From: Alphaproteobacteria bacterium | Lineage (GTDB): Bacteria; Pseudomonadota; Alphaproteobacteria; Micavibrionales; UBA2020 | NCBI GenBank assembly: GCA_004297545.1 | Contig: SCTB01000050.1 | Span: 5,138 to 69,137 of the forward strand | Direction of reading: 5' to 3' | Length of the DNA: 64,000 bases | Shown: positions 53,531-62,332 of the stretch, one piece after another | Layout: each line of letters opens with the position of its first letter | Position numbering within the stretch: position 1 is the first letter of the stretch | The notes under the pieces: generated by a model | What the model was told of the DNA's origin: nothing | What the model saw: the letters and a program-made list of their open reading frames with translations, nothing else | The model's database searches: none | Program-made: the position numbers and the translations under genes

Positions 53531-54700
53531 ATGGCACTGCAATATGACATGATCATTTTCGGCGGCGGCATCGCGGGGCTCTGGACCGCCAATACCCTCA
53601 AGCGCGCGGGTTACAACGTCATCCTCATTGAAAAAGACAAGCTCGGGGCAGGGCAGACGCTTGCTTCGCAGGGAATGATTCATGGCGGGCAGAAATACGT
53701 ACTGCAGGGGGCGGTCACCAAGCATGCCTCCTCTATCGCGAAAATGCCCGAGCGGTGGGAATCCAGCTTCGAAGGCTGGGGCGAGATCGACCTGACGGCG
53801 ACGAAATTCCTCAGCGACACGCAGGTGATGTGGCCCGCGGGCGGGGCGCTGTCCGGCACCGCCGTGCTGGGCGCCGCGAAGCTCGTTAATGCAGCCACGA
53901 AAAAGCTCAAGAAAGACGATTATCCTGACGTCCTGAAGGAGCGGCCAAAATTCAAGGGGCCGGTCTATGCGCTGCCTGAAAAGGTGGTTGAGGTGCGCTC
54001 GCTGGTGCAGGCGCTGGCGTCGCACCTGAAAGGCAGGTTGTTTACGGGCGAGGTGTCAGAAATTCTGCCCGACGGGCAGGCGGCGGTGTCCGGCATTGTC
54101 ATGCGGGCGCAGCTGATTATCTTCATGGCGGGCACGGGGAACGAACAGGCGCTCAAGCTGCTGAAGGTGCAGCAGCAGCATACGCAGCGCCGCCCCTTAC
54201 GGCAGGTCATGGTGCGCACCATGCCCTATGCGCTTTACGGCCATGGCATCGTGAGCGCGCCTAAGCCGCGCGTGACGGTGACAAGCCATCCGGCGGCAGG
54301 CGGCGGGTATATCTGGTATCTGGGCGGCGCCATCGCGGAGGAAAGCGCCGGCATGGAGGAGGGCGCCGCGCTGGAATTCGCGCGCAAGGAGTTGCAGGAT
54401 ATTTTCCCCGACATCGACTGGGGCAACCGCGAATGGGCGACCTGGTACGGCGACCGCGCGGAACCGTTCGATGAAAAAGGCGACCTGCCGCCCGGCCCCT
54501 TCATCCACCAGCGCGGGCGCATCCTGCTGGCCTGGCCCGCCAAGCTCACCTTCGCGCCAGCGCTCTCCGACCATATTTTCAATTGGCTGAAGGACAAGGA
54601 GATCCAGCCGGTCCCGCGGAAGCTGAAGGCGCCCAACCTCCCCGTTGCGAGCATTGGCTCCTATCCGTGGGAAACGGCTTCATGGCGAAAATTACCTTAA
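53531..54700 (+). CDS. FAD-dependent oxidoreductase (DAO / GlpD-like superfamily)
   Basis: N-terminal dinucleotide fold YDMIIFGGGIAGLWTA, and SQGMIHGGQKY resembling the GlpD IHGGLRY motif. 389 aa. Confidence 0.8.
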   Translation: MALQYDMIIFGGGIAGLWTANTLKRAGYNVILIEKDKLGAGQTLASQGMIHGGQKYVLQGAVTKHASSIAKMPERWESSFEGWGEIDLTATKFLSDTQVMWPAGGALSGTAVLGAAKLVNAATKKLKKDDYPDVLKERPKFKGPVYALPEKVVEVRSLVQALASHLKGRLFTGEVSEILPDGQAAVSGIVMRAQLIIFMAGTGNEQALKLLKVQQQHTQRRPLRQVMVRTMPYALYGHGIVSAPKPRVTVTSHPAAGGGYIWYLGGAIAEESAGMEEGAALEFARKELQDIFPDIDWGNREWATWYGDRAEPFDEKGDLPPGPFIHQRGRILLAWPAKLTFAPALSDHIFNWLKDKEIQPVPRKLKAPNLPVASIGSYPWETASWRKLP

Positions 54701-54781
54701 TTTTTCCATAATAATTAAATTTTACTGTCTTTGTTTTCGTAATATCTGGATTTTCACAGGGCTGTCGTTTAGGGTTACTGC

Positions 54782-55621
54782 ATGATCAACCGTCCGTCGC
54801 CCATATCTGCGCCGCGTCACGCTTCTTCCTTTCCACTGTCGTGGAAGGACGTGAGCCCGCTTGGGCTCGGCACAGTCAAGTTCGGCCGCAATACCGGCGT
54901 GAAATATCCGGGCGGCGAGGGTTTCGCGCTGCCTTCCGATGCCGAAGTAGAGGCGCTGCTTGACCTCACGCTGGAGTGCGGCATCAACCTGATCGACACG
55001 GCGCCCGCCTATGGCATCGCCGAGGAAAGATTGGGCAGCCTGCTGGGCGCGCGGCGCGAAAAGTTTTTCATCGTGACCAAGACCGGCGAGGAATTCCGGG
55101 ACGGCAGGTCCGATTACATCTTCACCGCCACGCATACCCGCATGAGCGTCGAGCGCAGCCTTAAGCGGCTGAGGACGGAATATATAGACTGCGTGCTGGT
55201 GCACAGCAACCGCGACGACGCCAGGGTGCTGACCCAGACGCCCGTGCTTGAAACGCTGGCGGCGCTGAAAAGCGAAGGAAAAATCGGCAGTTTCGGCGCC
55301 TCGACCTATACGCTCGAGGGCGGCCGGGCGGCGGTCGACCTGTCCGATGCCGTCATGGTCGCCTATAACAAGGGCTATACCGACGAGCTTCCTGTCATCG
55401 AATACGCCCGCGAAAAAGGCCGCGCCGTGCTGGTCAAGAAAGGCCTTGCCTCCGGCCATATCGGGGGCCTGGGGGATGTGGGCGACAATATCCGCTTTAT
55501 CGCCGGCACGCCCGGCGTGACCTGCATGGTCTTCGGATCCTTGAGGGCTGACAATATATTGGCCAACGCGCGGGCGCTGGGCGGCGGAAGCCTTGAAAAT
55601 CAAGGAAAAAACACCCAATAA
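54782..55621 (+). CDS. aldo/keto reductase family oxidoreductase
   Basis: LGLGTVKFGR, INLIDTAPAYG, FIVTKTG, and CVLVHS in typical AKR order. Confidence 0.85.
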   Translation: MINRPSPISAPRHASSFPLSWKDVSPLGLGTVKFGRNTGVKYPGGEGFALPSDAEVEALLDLTLECGINLIDTAPAYGIAEERLGSLLGARREKFFIVTKTGEEFRDGRSDYIFTATHTRMSVERSLKRLRTEYIDCVLVHSNRDDARVLTQTPVLETLAALKSEGKIGSFGASTYTLEGGRAAVDLSDAVMVAYNKGYTDELPVIEYAREKGRAVLVKKGLASGHIGGLGDVGDNIRFIAGTPGVTCMVFGSLRADNILANARALGGGSLENQGKNTQ

Positions 55622-55685
55622 GAATCTTGGATTCTTTAGCATATCCGTATAATATGCCCTCCAGACTATTTTAGCCTTCTAAGAT

Positions 55686-55779
55686 GGAGACGTGGCCGAG
55701 TGGCTGAAGGCGGCGGTTTGCTAAACCGTTATACTGGTGTTAGCCGGTATCCAGGGTTCGAATCCCTGCGTCTCCGCCA
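55686..55779 (+). tRNA. tRNA-Ser (anticodon GCU), CCA encoded
   Basis: Acceptor stem ggagacg/cgtctcc, anticodon loop TTGCTAA, a long variable arm, T-loop GGTTCGAATCC, and a 3' GCCA. Confidence 0.93.
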
Positions 55780-55782
55780 TTT

Positions 55783-55808
55783 AAAAAGCCCCCCAAAGGG
55801 GACTTTTT
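55783..55808 (+). terminator. hairpin terminator after tRNA-Ser
   Basis: aaaaagcccccc aaa ggggacttttt forms a stem with one bulge and a T-run. Confidence 0.5.
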
Positions 55809-55860
55809 AAATGGGCTGGGGTCAAGAGGTGGCGAAAAAGTATTTAGACGGAGAACGACA

Positions 55861-56343
55861 ATGAGCGACAAGCCCTATCAGGTCAGGATCTTCCTGAAAA
55901 AAGAATTTGCCGAAGCCGTCACGCGCGACGCGCCGCCCGCCGAAGTCAAGCCGCTCCTGGATATCCTGGCGCGCCACGACGCCAGCATCGACCACAACCA
56001 GTTCGATGAATTCTCCAAATTCGTGACCTGGGCGGAAGCGAACCTCGACAAGACCCATTTCGACGACGAAGACAAAAAGCAGCAGATGAAAAACCTGCTC
56101 ACCCTGACCAAAGGCTCGCTGGCGAACGAGGAAAAGGCCAGCTACTTCAAGCGCGAATTCACGCTCGCCATCAAAGGAAAGTCGCAGTTCTCGGGCGCAG
56201 AGGCCGACGCGCTGATCAAAGACCTCGAAACCCTGGGCGACGGCCCCATCATCACCAGCGGCAAAGGCTTTGTCCCCGGCAAAAGCTACGAAGTCCCGCC
56301 CGTGCGCAAAAGCTACGTGCCGAAGCGGCACCCGGGGACGTAA
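55861..56343 (+). CDS. hypothetical protein (160 aa), possibly distantly related to the D1-D4 domain family
   Basis: An ATG start. YQVRIFL... and FTLAIKGKSQFSGAEADALIKDLETLGDGPI loosely follow the strand, helix, then xxEAxxLIKxL pattern. Confidence 0.6.
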   Translation: MSDKPYQVRIFLKKEFAEAVTRDAPPAEVKPLLDILARHDASIDHNQFDEFSKFVTWAEANLDKTHFDDEDKKQQMKNLLTLTKGSLANEEKASYFKREFTLAIKGKSQFSGAEADALIKDLETLGDGPIITSGKGFVPGKSYEVPPVRKSYVPKRHPGT

Positions 56344-56346
56344 GAT

Positions 56347-57555
56347 TTAAGACTTACGTTTTTTTGCTTTCTTTATAGAGGGCATTTTCATGATGCGTTT
56401 TAGAAACTCGCCAAATAACGGAACGGTAAATGCAGTATCACCATGGGCTGGACTATAAATCATTCCCTTGCTGATCAACCCGCTTCTTAACGGGGCTACC
56501 TTATTAACTTCCATCCCCAATGTGTCTGCAATATCGCCGGAACGTTGGGGGCCATCCCCTAATTCAGCTAAAGCTCGCAAATAGTCCTTTTCTCTTGGCG
56601 TTAAGCGGTCAAATCGTACACGAAAAAAATTCTTGTCCAGTCTTGGTATGGATTCCGTAGTGGCTTGTTCAACATCTTTTAATGTTATTGGTGACATTGC
56701 TGCTAAGTTCCAAGAATGATATCCCCATTCCTGAAGAAAATATGGATATCCATGTGTTACGCGAATAATTTCCTTTAATGCGTCATCGGAGAATTCGGCA
56801 TCTTCCTTTTTTGCCGGAGTTTGCAAGGCGTTTTCTGCATCTTGCGCATTGAGGGGGCCTATATCCGGATAATTAAAAAGGCGTTCAGCATATGACTTGG
56901 CTTCGCCGGCCTTGCCCACCAGTTGCGGCAGGCCAGCCCCAATGACCACCAAGGGCAGCGCCTTTTGAGAAATTTTATGAACGGCCATAATCAGCGCGCT
57001 CAATTCAGCTTCACTAAGATATTGAAGCTCATCAATTATAATTGCCACGCCTGTACCGCGATCCTTCGCGGCTTCGGCAATTGCAACAAAAACGGCCGAC
57101 AAATCGCTTTCTAAGTCTCCACTATCCGCTGCTCCTTTCTCGGGTTCTGCATCATAGGAGAATTCGACGCCATGGGCTGCAACTTTGAACCCCTTTAAAA
57201 AGCTCGCCAGTACTGCTAGCCCTCTTTTTACTTTGGCGCTAACTTTTTCTCCCACATCAAGAGCAAGTAATACATGCCGCAGGTGGGGGTATAGGAGTGC
57301 CGGTAAAGCTTTTTTTTCCTGAGCTTCAATCATGACGGTCTTGTAGCCGCGTTGATTGGCCATTTCTGATATTCTGTAGAGAAGCACGGTTTTCCCTACG
57401 CCGCGCAGACCCACCATGAGAACGCTCTTCTCTGAGCGCCCCATTTGAGTCCTGTCCAGTGCCAACATTGCTTGTTCCAAGATGTCTTCGCGACCAGCCA
57501 GTTCCGGTGGCGGCGTGCCTGCACCTGGCGAAAAAGGGTTTCGCAGCTTATCCAC
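56347..57555 (-). CDS. AAA-type ATP-binding protein (AAA_16 / archaeal-ATPase-like) with a C-terminal winged helix
   Basis: NPFSPGAGTPPPELAGRE N-terminus, Walker A GLRGVGKT, Walker B AIIIDELQYL, and a C-terminal RLTPREKDYLRALAELG...IADTLG wHTH. It has a GTG start and A/T-rich third codon positions, unlike its neighbours. Confidence 0.85.
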   Translation of the reverse strand: MDKLRNPFSPGAGTPPPELAGREDILEQAMLALDRTQMGRSEKSVLMVGLRGVGKTVLLYRISEMANQRGYKTVMIEAQEKKALPALLYPHLRHVLLALDVGEKVSAKVKRGLAVLASFLKGFKVAAHGVEFSYDAEPEKGAADSGDLESDLSAVFVAIAEAAKDRGTGVAIIIDELQYLSEAELSALIMAVHKISQKALPLVVIGAGLPQLVGKAGEAKSYAERLFNYPDIGPLNAQDAENALQTPAKKEDAEFSDDALKEIIRVTHGYPYFLQEWGYHSWNLAAMSPITLKDVEQATTESIPRLDKNFFRVRFDRLTPREKDYLRALAELGDGPQRSGDIADTLGMEVNKVAPLRSGLISKGMIYSPAHGDTAFTVPLFGEFLKRIMKMPSIKKAKKRKS

Positions 57556-57692
57556 TTATATAGACCTTATCCAAAGTTACTAATGTTATCTTATTATTGG
57601 GTAACTTCTTTATAATCAATATCTATTGTATAATGAAGGGATATTTCCAATAATAATATTGAAAATCAAATACATAGAATTTATCCCCTTTT

Positions 57693-59564
57693 TCAAGTAC
57701 CCAGCCCCGTCGGTGGCTGAAGCGGCAGTCTTTTCGTTGCTATTTGGCTGCCTGACTGCGTCTGGCCCAAGAGACTGTATGCCGCGTCGGGGATGCCGGT
57801 GAAGGTGCGGGTATAGGTCACCTTGCCGTCGCCCACCACCGCCTGCACGCTATGCAGCGGCTTGATGACGTCATGGTGCGCGATGCTGATGACGATGCCG
57901 TGTTTCATGCGCTCGAGCAGCATCGGGTACAGCCGCGCCTCGGATGCCGCGTCGAGCGCTGCGGTGATTTCGTCGACGATCAGCACTTTTGTATCCTTCG
58001 CGTGCAAAAATGCGCCCGCGAAGCCGACCTTGTTCTTCTGCCCGCCGGAGAGGGTGTTCTTCCAGTATTCGCCGCGCTTGGAAGGATCGTCCATGTCGGG
58101 AATAAACTGGGCGAGGCCCGCGTCGGTCAGCGCCTTTTCCACCTCCGCGCGCGTGTATTTCGATTCCGGGTCGGGCGCGCAGATCATGCCGCGCAGCGAG
58201 CGGTCGGGGAAATAATCTTCCTGCGGGACAAAGCGCACTTGCGCAGGCACGGTAATCTCGCCGCTGCCGCCCAGCGTCCAGGCGCCACGCATCGCGGCCA
58301 GGCCCGCCGACTTGCCGCTGCCGGGCGGGCCGCTCAGCATCACGCTGTCGCCGGGAACAAAGGTCGTGCTGCCGAAATCTACCAGAGGGTTGCCGTCGGG
58401 CCCCTGCAGCGCCACGTTGCGGAAGGTGATGCGGTCCGTTTCCGCGTCTTCGTTCACGCGCACGGAGGAAAGCGTTTTTATGACGGCCTCCGGCACAGCG
58501 CCCGTCACCCGCACGGGCACGGTGATGTCGTTCTTGTTGTCCTCGAGATCCTTTTTGAATTCCATGAGCTGGCCGACGTTGGCGGACCATCCGGCCAGCT
58601 GCGTATAGGCCTGCGGGAAGAACCCCAGGGCGCTGTAGAACTGGCTGAAGGACTGCCGCGCGAGCTCAAGCCCGCCCAGCGTCGCGGTGCCCGCGAAAAA
58701 TTTCGGCGCGCTCATCGCGATCGGCACGATGGAAGCCGCGTTGCCGCTTAGCGACCATACGACGCCCACGCGCATATTGGTCTTGTAGAATTTGCGCCGC
58801 GTCTCATCCAGGCTGTTAAACGCGTTGCTCAGGGTTTCCTTCTCGACGGGCTCATGGCCGGTCAGCGCGATGGTCTTCGCGTTGTCGCGCACGCGGGTCA
58901 GCGCGTGGCGGAACTTCGCCTCCGTGTCCATGAGGCCGCGCCACAAGCCCCGCATCGAGCTCCCCGCCAGATGTGTCGCCGCGAAGGATGCAGCGGAGCA
59001 GGCCGCCGCTGCTCCCACCATCAGTGGCGAGATGTGCCAGAGCATCAGCGCAAAAGTGCAGCCGCCGATCACGGCGCGGAACGCGCCAAGGCCGAGGTTC
59101 AGGGTCTGGTTCGTCACGTTGCCGACGGTTTCCGCGATGCGCTGGTCGGGGTTTTGCGCGTATTTCTTGCTGTGCTGGAGCTTCAGGTAGGCTTTGTCGC
59201 CGAGCCAGGCATCGTTGAATTTCCGCGTCAGCCAGCCGCGCCAGTTCTGGCCCAGGTTGTCGGTCACATACTGCCGCTTGTTGCCCGCATAGGTCGAGGC
59301 GCCCATGGCCGCCACCGTGGCGCCGCCCGCCATCGCGAATCCCATCGCGTTCTTCGCGACCAGCGCATTCAGCGCCGCCTGGAAGCCCAGGCCCATGCCG
59401 GCGGTCAGCGCGATTTCGGCGACGGTCAGGGCAATAATGCCGCCCAGCATGAGGCGCGCCTTTATTTTCTGGTCCGAGACCCAGAAGGGTTTGAGCGCGC
59501 GCAGGCTTTCCATGAAGCCCGGACGACGCGGGGCGTCGTCGTTCGCTTCGCTAGATGTTTTCAT
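57693..59564 (-). CDS. ABC transporter, fused permease/ATPase of the SbmA-BacA / ABCD (ABC_membrane_2) type
   Basis: The TMD has NWRGWLTRKFNDAWLGDKAYLKL (SbmA_BacA/ABCD-like). The NBD has GPPGSGKS, LSGGQKNK and LIVDEITAALD. Confidence 0.88.
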   Translation of the reverse strand: MKTSSEANDDAPRRPGFMESLRALKPFWVSDQKIKARLMLGGIIALTVAEIALTAGMGLGFQAALNALVAKNAMGFAMAGGATVAAMGASTYAGNKRQYVTDNLGQNWRGWLTRKFNDAWLGDKAYLKLQHSKKYAQNPDQRIAETVGNVTNQTLNLGLGAFRAVIGGCTFALMLWHISPLMVGAAAACSAASFAATHLAGSSMRGLWRGLMDTEAKFRHALTRVRDNAKTIALTGHEPVEKETLSNAFNSLDETRRKFYKTNMRVGVVWSLSGNAASIVPIAMSAPKFFAGTATLGGLELARQSFSQFYSALGFFPQAYTQLAGWSANVGQLMEFKKDLEDNKNDITVPVRVTGAVPEAVIKTLSSVRVNEDAETDRITFRNVALQGPDGNPLVDFGSTTFVPGDSVMLSGPPGSGKSAGLAAMRGAWTLGGSGEITVPAQVRFVPQEDYFPDRSLRGMICAPDPESKYTRAEVEKALTDAGLAQFIPDMDDPSKRGEYWKNTLSGGQKNKVGFAGAFLHAKDTKVLIVDEITAALDAASEARLYPMLLERMKHGIVISIAHHDVIKPLHSVQAVVGDGKVTYTRTFTGIPDAAYSLLGQTQSGSQIATKRLPLQPPTGLGT

Positions 59565-59835
59565 CCGGCCTCTGCCGCGGGCCTTTGCTTTTCAGCAAAG
59601 CTCTTCATCGTCACCGGCTTTTGAAGGCCGATGCGCTGGACAGCTATGCGAAAGCCGACACGCTTTTTTGAAAGTGTTTAAAAAAGCCAATATTTCCAGA
59701 TATAACTCGACTCTACCCCACATCGCGAGGGGCGTCCAGAAAATTATGGCAAACCCATGACCGGGCGCGTTTTTCAGGCGCTAGAAATGCAGGGGGAAAT
59801 AGCGGCCTGCACGCGCGCGCGCGGCGTCAGGCGTT

Positions 59836-59868
59836 AAAAAACCCCGCCTTTGCGGGGCGGGGTTTTTT
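59836..59868 (-). terminator. rho-independent terminator downstream of the DEAD-box helicase gene
   Basis: aaccccgcc...ggcggggtt stem flanked by A/T runs, 17 nt after the stop at 59885. Confidence 0.65.
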
Positions 59869-59884
59869 ATCTTGTTCGGGATGG

Positions 59885-61276
59885 TCAGGCGCGCGCGGTG
59901 CGGCGCTGGCCGTATTCCTGCCGGCCGGAGCGATTTTCCGGACGATTGTTCGAGCGGTTTTCAAAACGTCCGCCAAAGCGGTCGCCGGTACGATCGCTTT
60001 TACGATCATTTGAACGATCATCAGACCTGCCGTGAGAGCGCTGGCCATTCTGGCCGTTACGGTCATCGCGACCATGGCCCCCGTTGCGCTCATCGCGCGC
60101 CTTGCGGTCGCGGAAGCCGCTGCGGTTATGCTTCTGCGCATAGGGACGGCCCACGGGCTTGCCCGAATGCGAGACCGGGCGCGTTCTGGGCGCGCCGGGG
60201 TTCAGCAGCTCATGGATGGCGCCCCACAGCTCGCCGTCTTCGGGCGTGATGAAGCAGACGGCCGAGCCTTCGGCGCCGGCGCGCGCGGTGCGGCCGATGC
60301 GGTGGATATAGTCTTCGGCCACCTGCGGCAGGTCATAGTTGATGACGTGTTCAATGTGCGGGATATCGAGGCCGCGGGCGGCCACGTCGGTCGCCACCAT
60401 GATGCGGTGCTTCTTGTCGCGGAAGGCCTGGATGACGCGGTTGCGCTGGTTCTGGTTCAGGTTGCCGTGGATGGAATCGGCGCTCTGCTTCTCGCCATTC
60501 AGTTTCTTGGCAAGACGGTCCGCGCCGCGCTTGGTGCGGACGAAGACGATGACGGAGCCTTCGCGGCTGCGCAGCTGGGTCATCAGCATGTTGTATTTGT
60601 CCGCGACGTTGACGCGGATAAGTTCCTGCTTGATGGCGCGGATGGGCTGGTTGGTTTCGCCGACCGCGATGCGCTCGGGGTTTTTCAGGTACTGCTGCGA
60701 AATCTTGACGATATGCGCGGGCAGCGTGGCGGAGAACATCAGCGTCTGGCGCACGGCGGGCAGGCGCTTCACGATGCGGTCGATCTGCGGCCCGAAGCCC
60801 ATGTCGAGCATGCGGTCAGTCTCGTCAAGCACGAGGAAGGAGGCCATGCTCAGGTTCAGGCTGTTCTGCTGCAGGTGGTCGTTGATGCGGCCGGGCGTGC
60901 CCACGATGATGCGGGGGCGCTGGCGGAGTTGCTGCAGCTGTTTGAACATCGACTGGCCGCCGATGAGCAGCGCGGTCCGGATACCGGGCGATGCGGTCAG
61001 CAGCTGGTCGATCATCGCGACGACCTGCGCGGCAAGTTCGCGCGTCGGCGTCATGACGAGGGCGGTGCCCTGCGGGTCTTTCAGCAGTTTGGCGATCAAG
61101 GGGATGGCGAAGGCGGCGGTCTTGCCGGTGCCGGTCTGGGCCGATCCCAGCACGTCGCGGCCGGTCAATGCCGGGGGGATGGCCTGCGCCTGGATCGGCG
61201 TGGGCGTGGTGAAGTTCATCTTCTCAAGGGCCTTGAGAAGGGGCTGGGGCAGGCCCAGCGACATAAAGTCGTTCAT
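59885..61276 (-). CDS. rhlE: ATP-dependent DEAD-box RNA helicase (RhlE-like) with an Arg/Asp/Gly/Asn-rich C-terminal tail
   Basis: Q-motif TPIQAQAIP, AQTGTGKT, PTRELA, VLDETDRMLDMGF (DETD in place of DEAD), SAT, HRIGRTARAG. ATG at 61276. Confidence 0.93.
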   Translation of the reverse strand: MNDFMSLGLPQPLLKALEKMNFTTPTPIQAQAIPPALTGRDVLGSAQTGTGKTAAFAIPLIAKLLKDPQGTALVMTPTRELAAQVVAMIDQLLTASPGIRTALLIGGQSMFKQLQQLRQRPRIIVGTPGRINDHLQQNSLNLSMASFLVLDETDRMLDMGFGPQIDRIVKRLPAVRQTLMFSATLPAHIVKISQQYLKNPERIAVGETNQPIRAIKQELIRVNVADKYNMLMTQLRSREGSVIVFVRTKRGADRLAKKLNGEKQSADSIHGNLNQNQRNRVIQAFRDKKHRIMVATDVAARGLDIPHIEHVINYDLPQVAEDYIHRIGRTARAGAEGSAVCFITPEDGELWGAIHELLNPGAPRTRPVSHSGKPVGRPYAQKHNRSGFRDRKARDERNGGHGRDDRNGQNGQRSHGRSDDRSNDRKSDRTGDRFGGRFENRSNNRPENRSGRQEYGQRRTARA

Positions 61277-61614
61277 TGTTATTTTTCTTTCATAAGCGTT
61301 ATCCAGCCTTGGCCACCGTGGCAAAAGCTTGAAAGAGCTAAAAAAACCGGTCGTTTACCGGCAACTCTTCCATCAAACGCAAACAAAGATTAAGAGGACA
61401 TCTCGATTTTACCCCTTCAAGGGGTAGGGCGCATCTTAAGCGCCATGCATAGGCAAAGAGTTCATTCTCACTCAGGCGTTCATATATATCAGGTTTGATA
61501 CTTGACCACAACAAGTATTAGGAAAATAACGCAAGGGGCTGTAATCGTTCCGGTTTATTTAATTTTTTCATAAGGAATTTGTTCTTTTTTCGCGCGTTTG
61601 CTGTCTGCGGCGAA

Positions 61615-61644
61615 GGGACAAGCCCGTTTCATACGTGGTATATT
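61615..61644 (+). promoter_or_regulatory. putative extended -10 promoter (GGGACA...TGgTATATT) for the first SH3 gene
   Basis: TG at 61636-61637, TATATT at 61639-61644, and GGGACA at 61615-61620. Confidence 0.3.
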
Positions 61645-61693
61645 CGCTCCTGATATCCGGAGGGGAAGACTTCAAAAAAAGAAAGGCAATCAC

Positions 61694-62260
61694 ATGCGTT
61701 ACACAGTTTTACTTGGGTTTTTCACGCTGTTGCTTTTCGCGCCCGTTCAGGCGCGCGCGGCCAGCAGCATGGTCGTCCACAAGACGCATATTTTCGCCGG
61801 GCCCGCCAACCATTACCCGAAGCTCGCGCTCGTGCGCGCCAATACCGGGCTGAACCTGCTGGGCTGCACTTCCGGCTGGCGCTGGTGCGAGATCGAAACC
61901 CACGGCATCCATGGCTGGGTGCCGTCGGGGAACATCAAGGTCATTGTTTACGGCCGCCAGATTGGGGTCGCCAATTACGCCAGCCACAGCTGGTTGCCCC
62001 TCATCCGCTTCAACGAGCCGGTGTACTGGACCAAATATTATTACGACCGCGATTTCTGCATCAAGCGCTACGGCAAGCATCATGACAACCGCTGGAGCCA
62101 GCGGGACTGCGACTATCGCGACCGCAGCGGCCAGTGCCGCGCCTGGGACCGCCACCAGAACGATGATCGCGACGACGACCACGACCACGACAGAGACTAC
62201 TGGCGCGACCGTTATCAGCAGTACAATGACAGCCGTTATCACAGCCACTACAACAACTGA
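61694..62260 (+). CDS. secreted bacterial SH3 domain protein with an Asp/His/Arg/Tyr-rich tail (paralog 1)
   Basis: Signal peptide MRYTVLLGFFTLLLFAPVQARA. SH3b-like AGPANHYPKLALVRANTGLNLLGCTSGWRWCEIETHGIHGWV. The tail is DRHQNDDRDDDHDHDRDYWRDRYQQYNDSRYHSHYNN. Confidence 0.8.
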   Translation: MRYTVLLGFFTLLLFAPVQARAASSMVVHKTHIFAGPANHYPKLALVRANTGLNLLGCTSGWRWCEIETHGIHGWVPSGNIKVIVYGRQIGVANYASHSWLPLIRFNEPVYWTKYYYDRDFCIKRYGKHHDNRWSQRDCDYRDRSGQCRAWDRHQNDDRDDDHDHDRDYWRDRYQQYNDSRYHSHYNN

Positions 62261-62332
62261 TCATTCATCGTCACGGGGCGCCGCGATCCCTCAAAGGGTT
62301 GCGGCGCTTCAATATCACAAAGGGGGAAATTG

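Noticed and set aside
55780-57700. Direct repeat of the tRNA-Ser 3' end, or an integrase, marking island boundaries
   Set aside because: I found no copy of the tRNA 3' segment and no integrase or transposase ORF. The island call rests only on composition.
59565-59835. Cobalamin or other riboswitch in the 5' region of the BacA-like ABC transporter
   Set aside because: I saw no B12-box-like core (GCCACTG) or other recognisable riboswitch core on the minus strand. An Rfam scan is needed to be certain.
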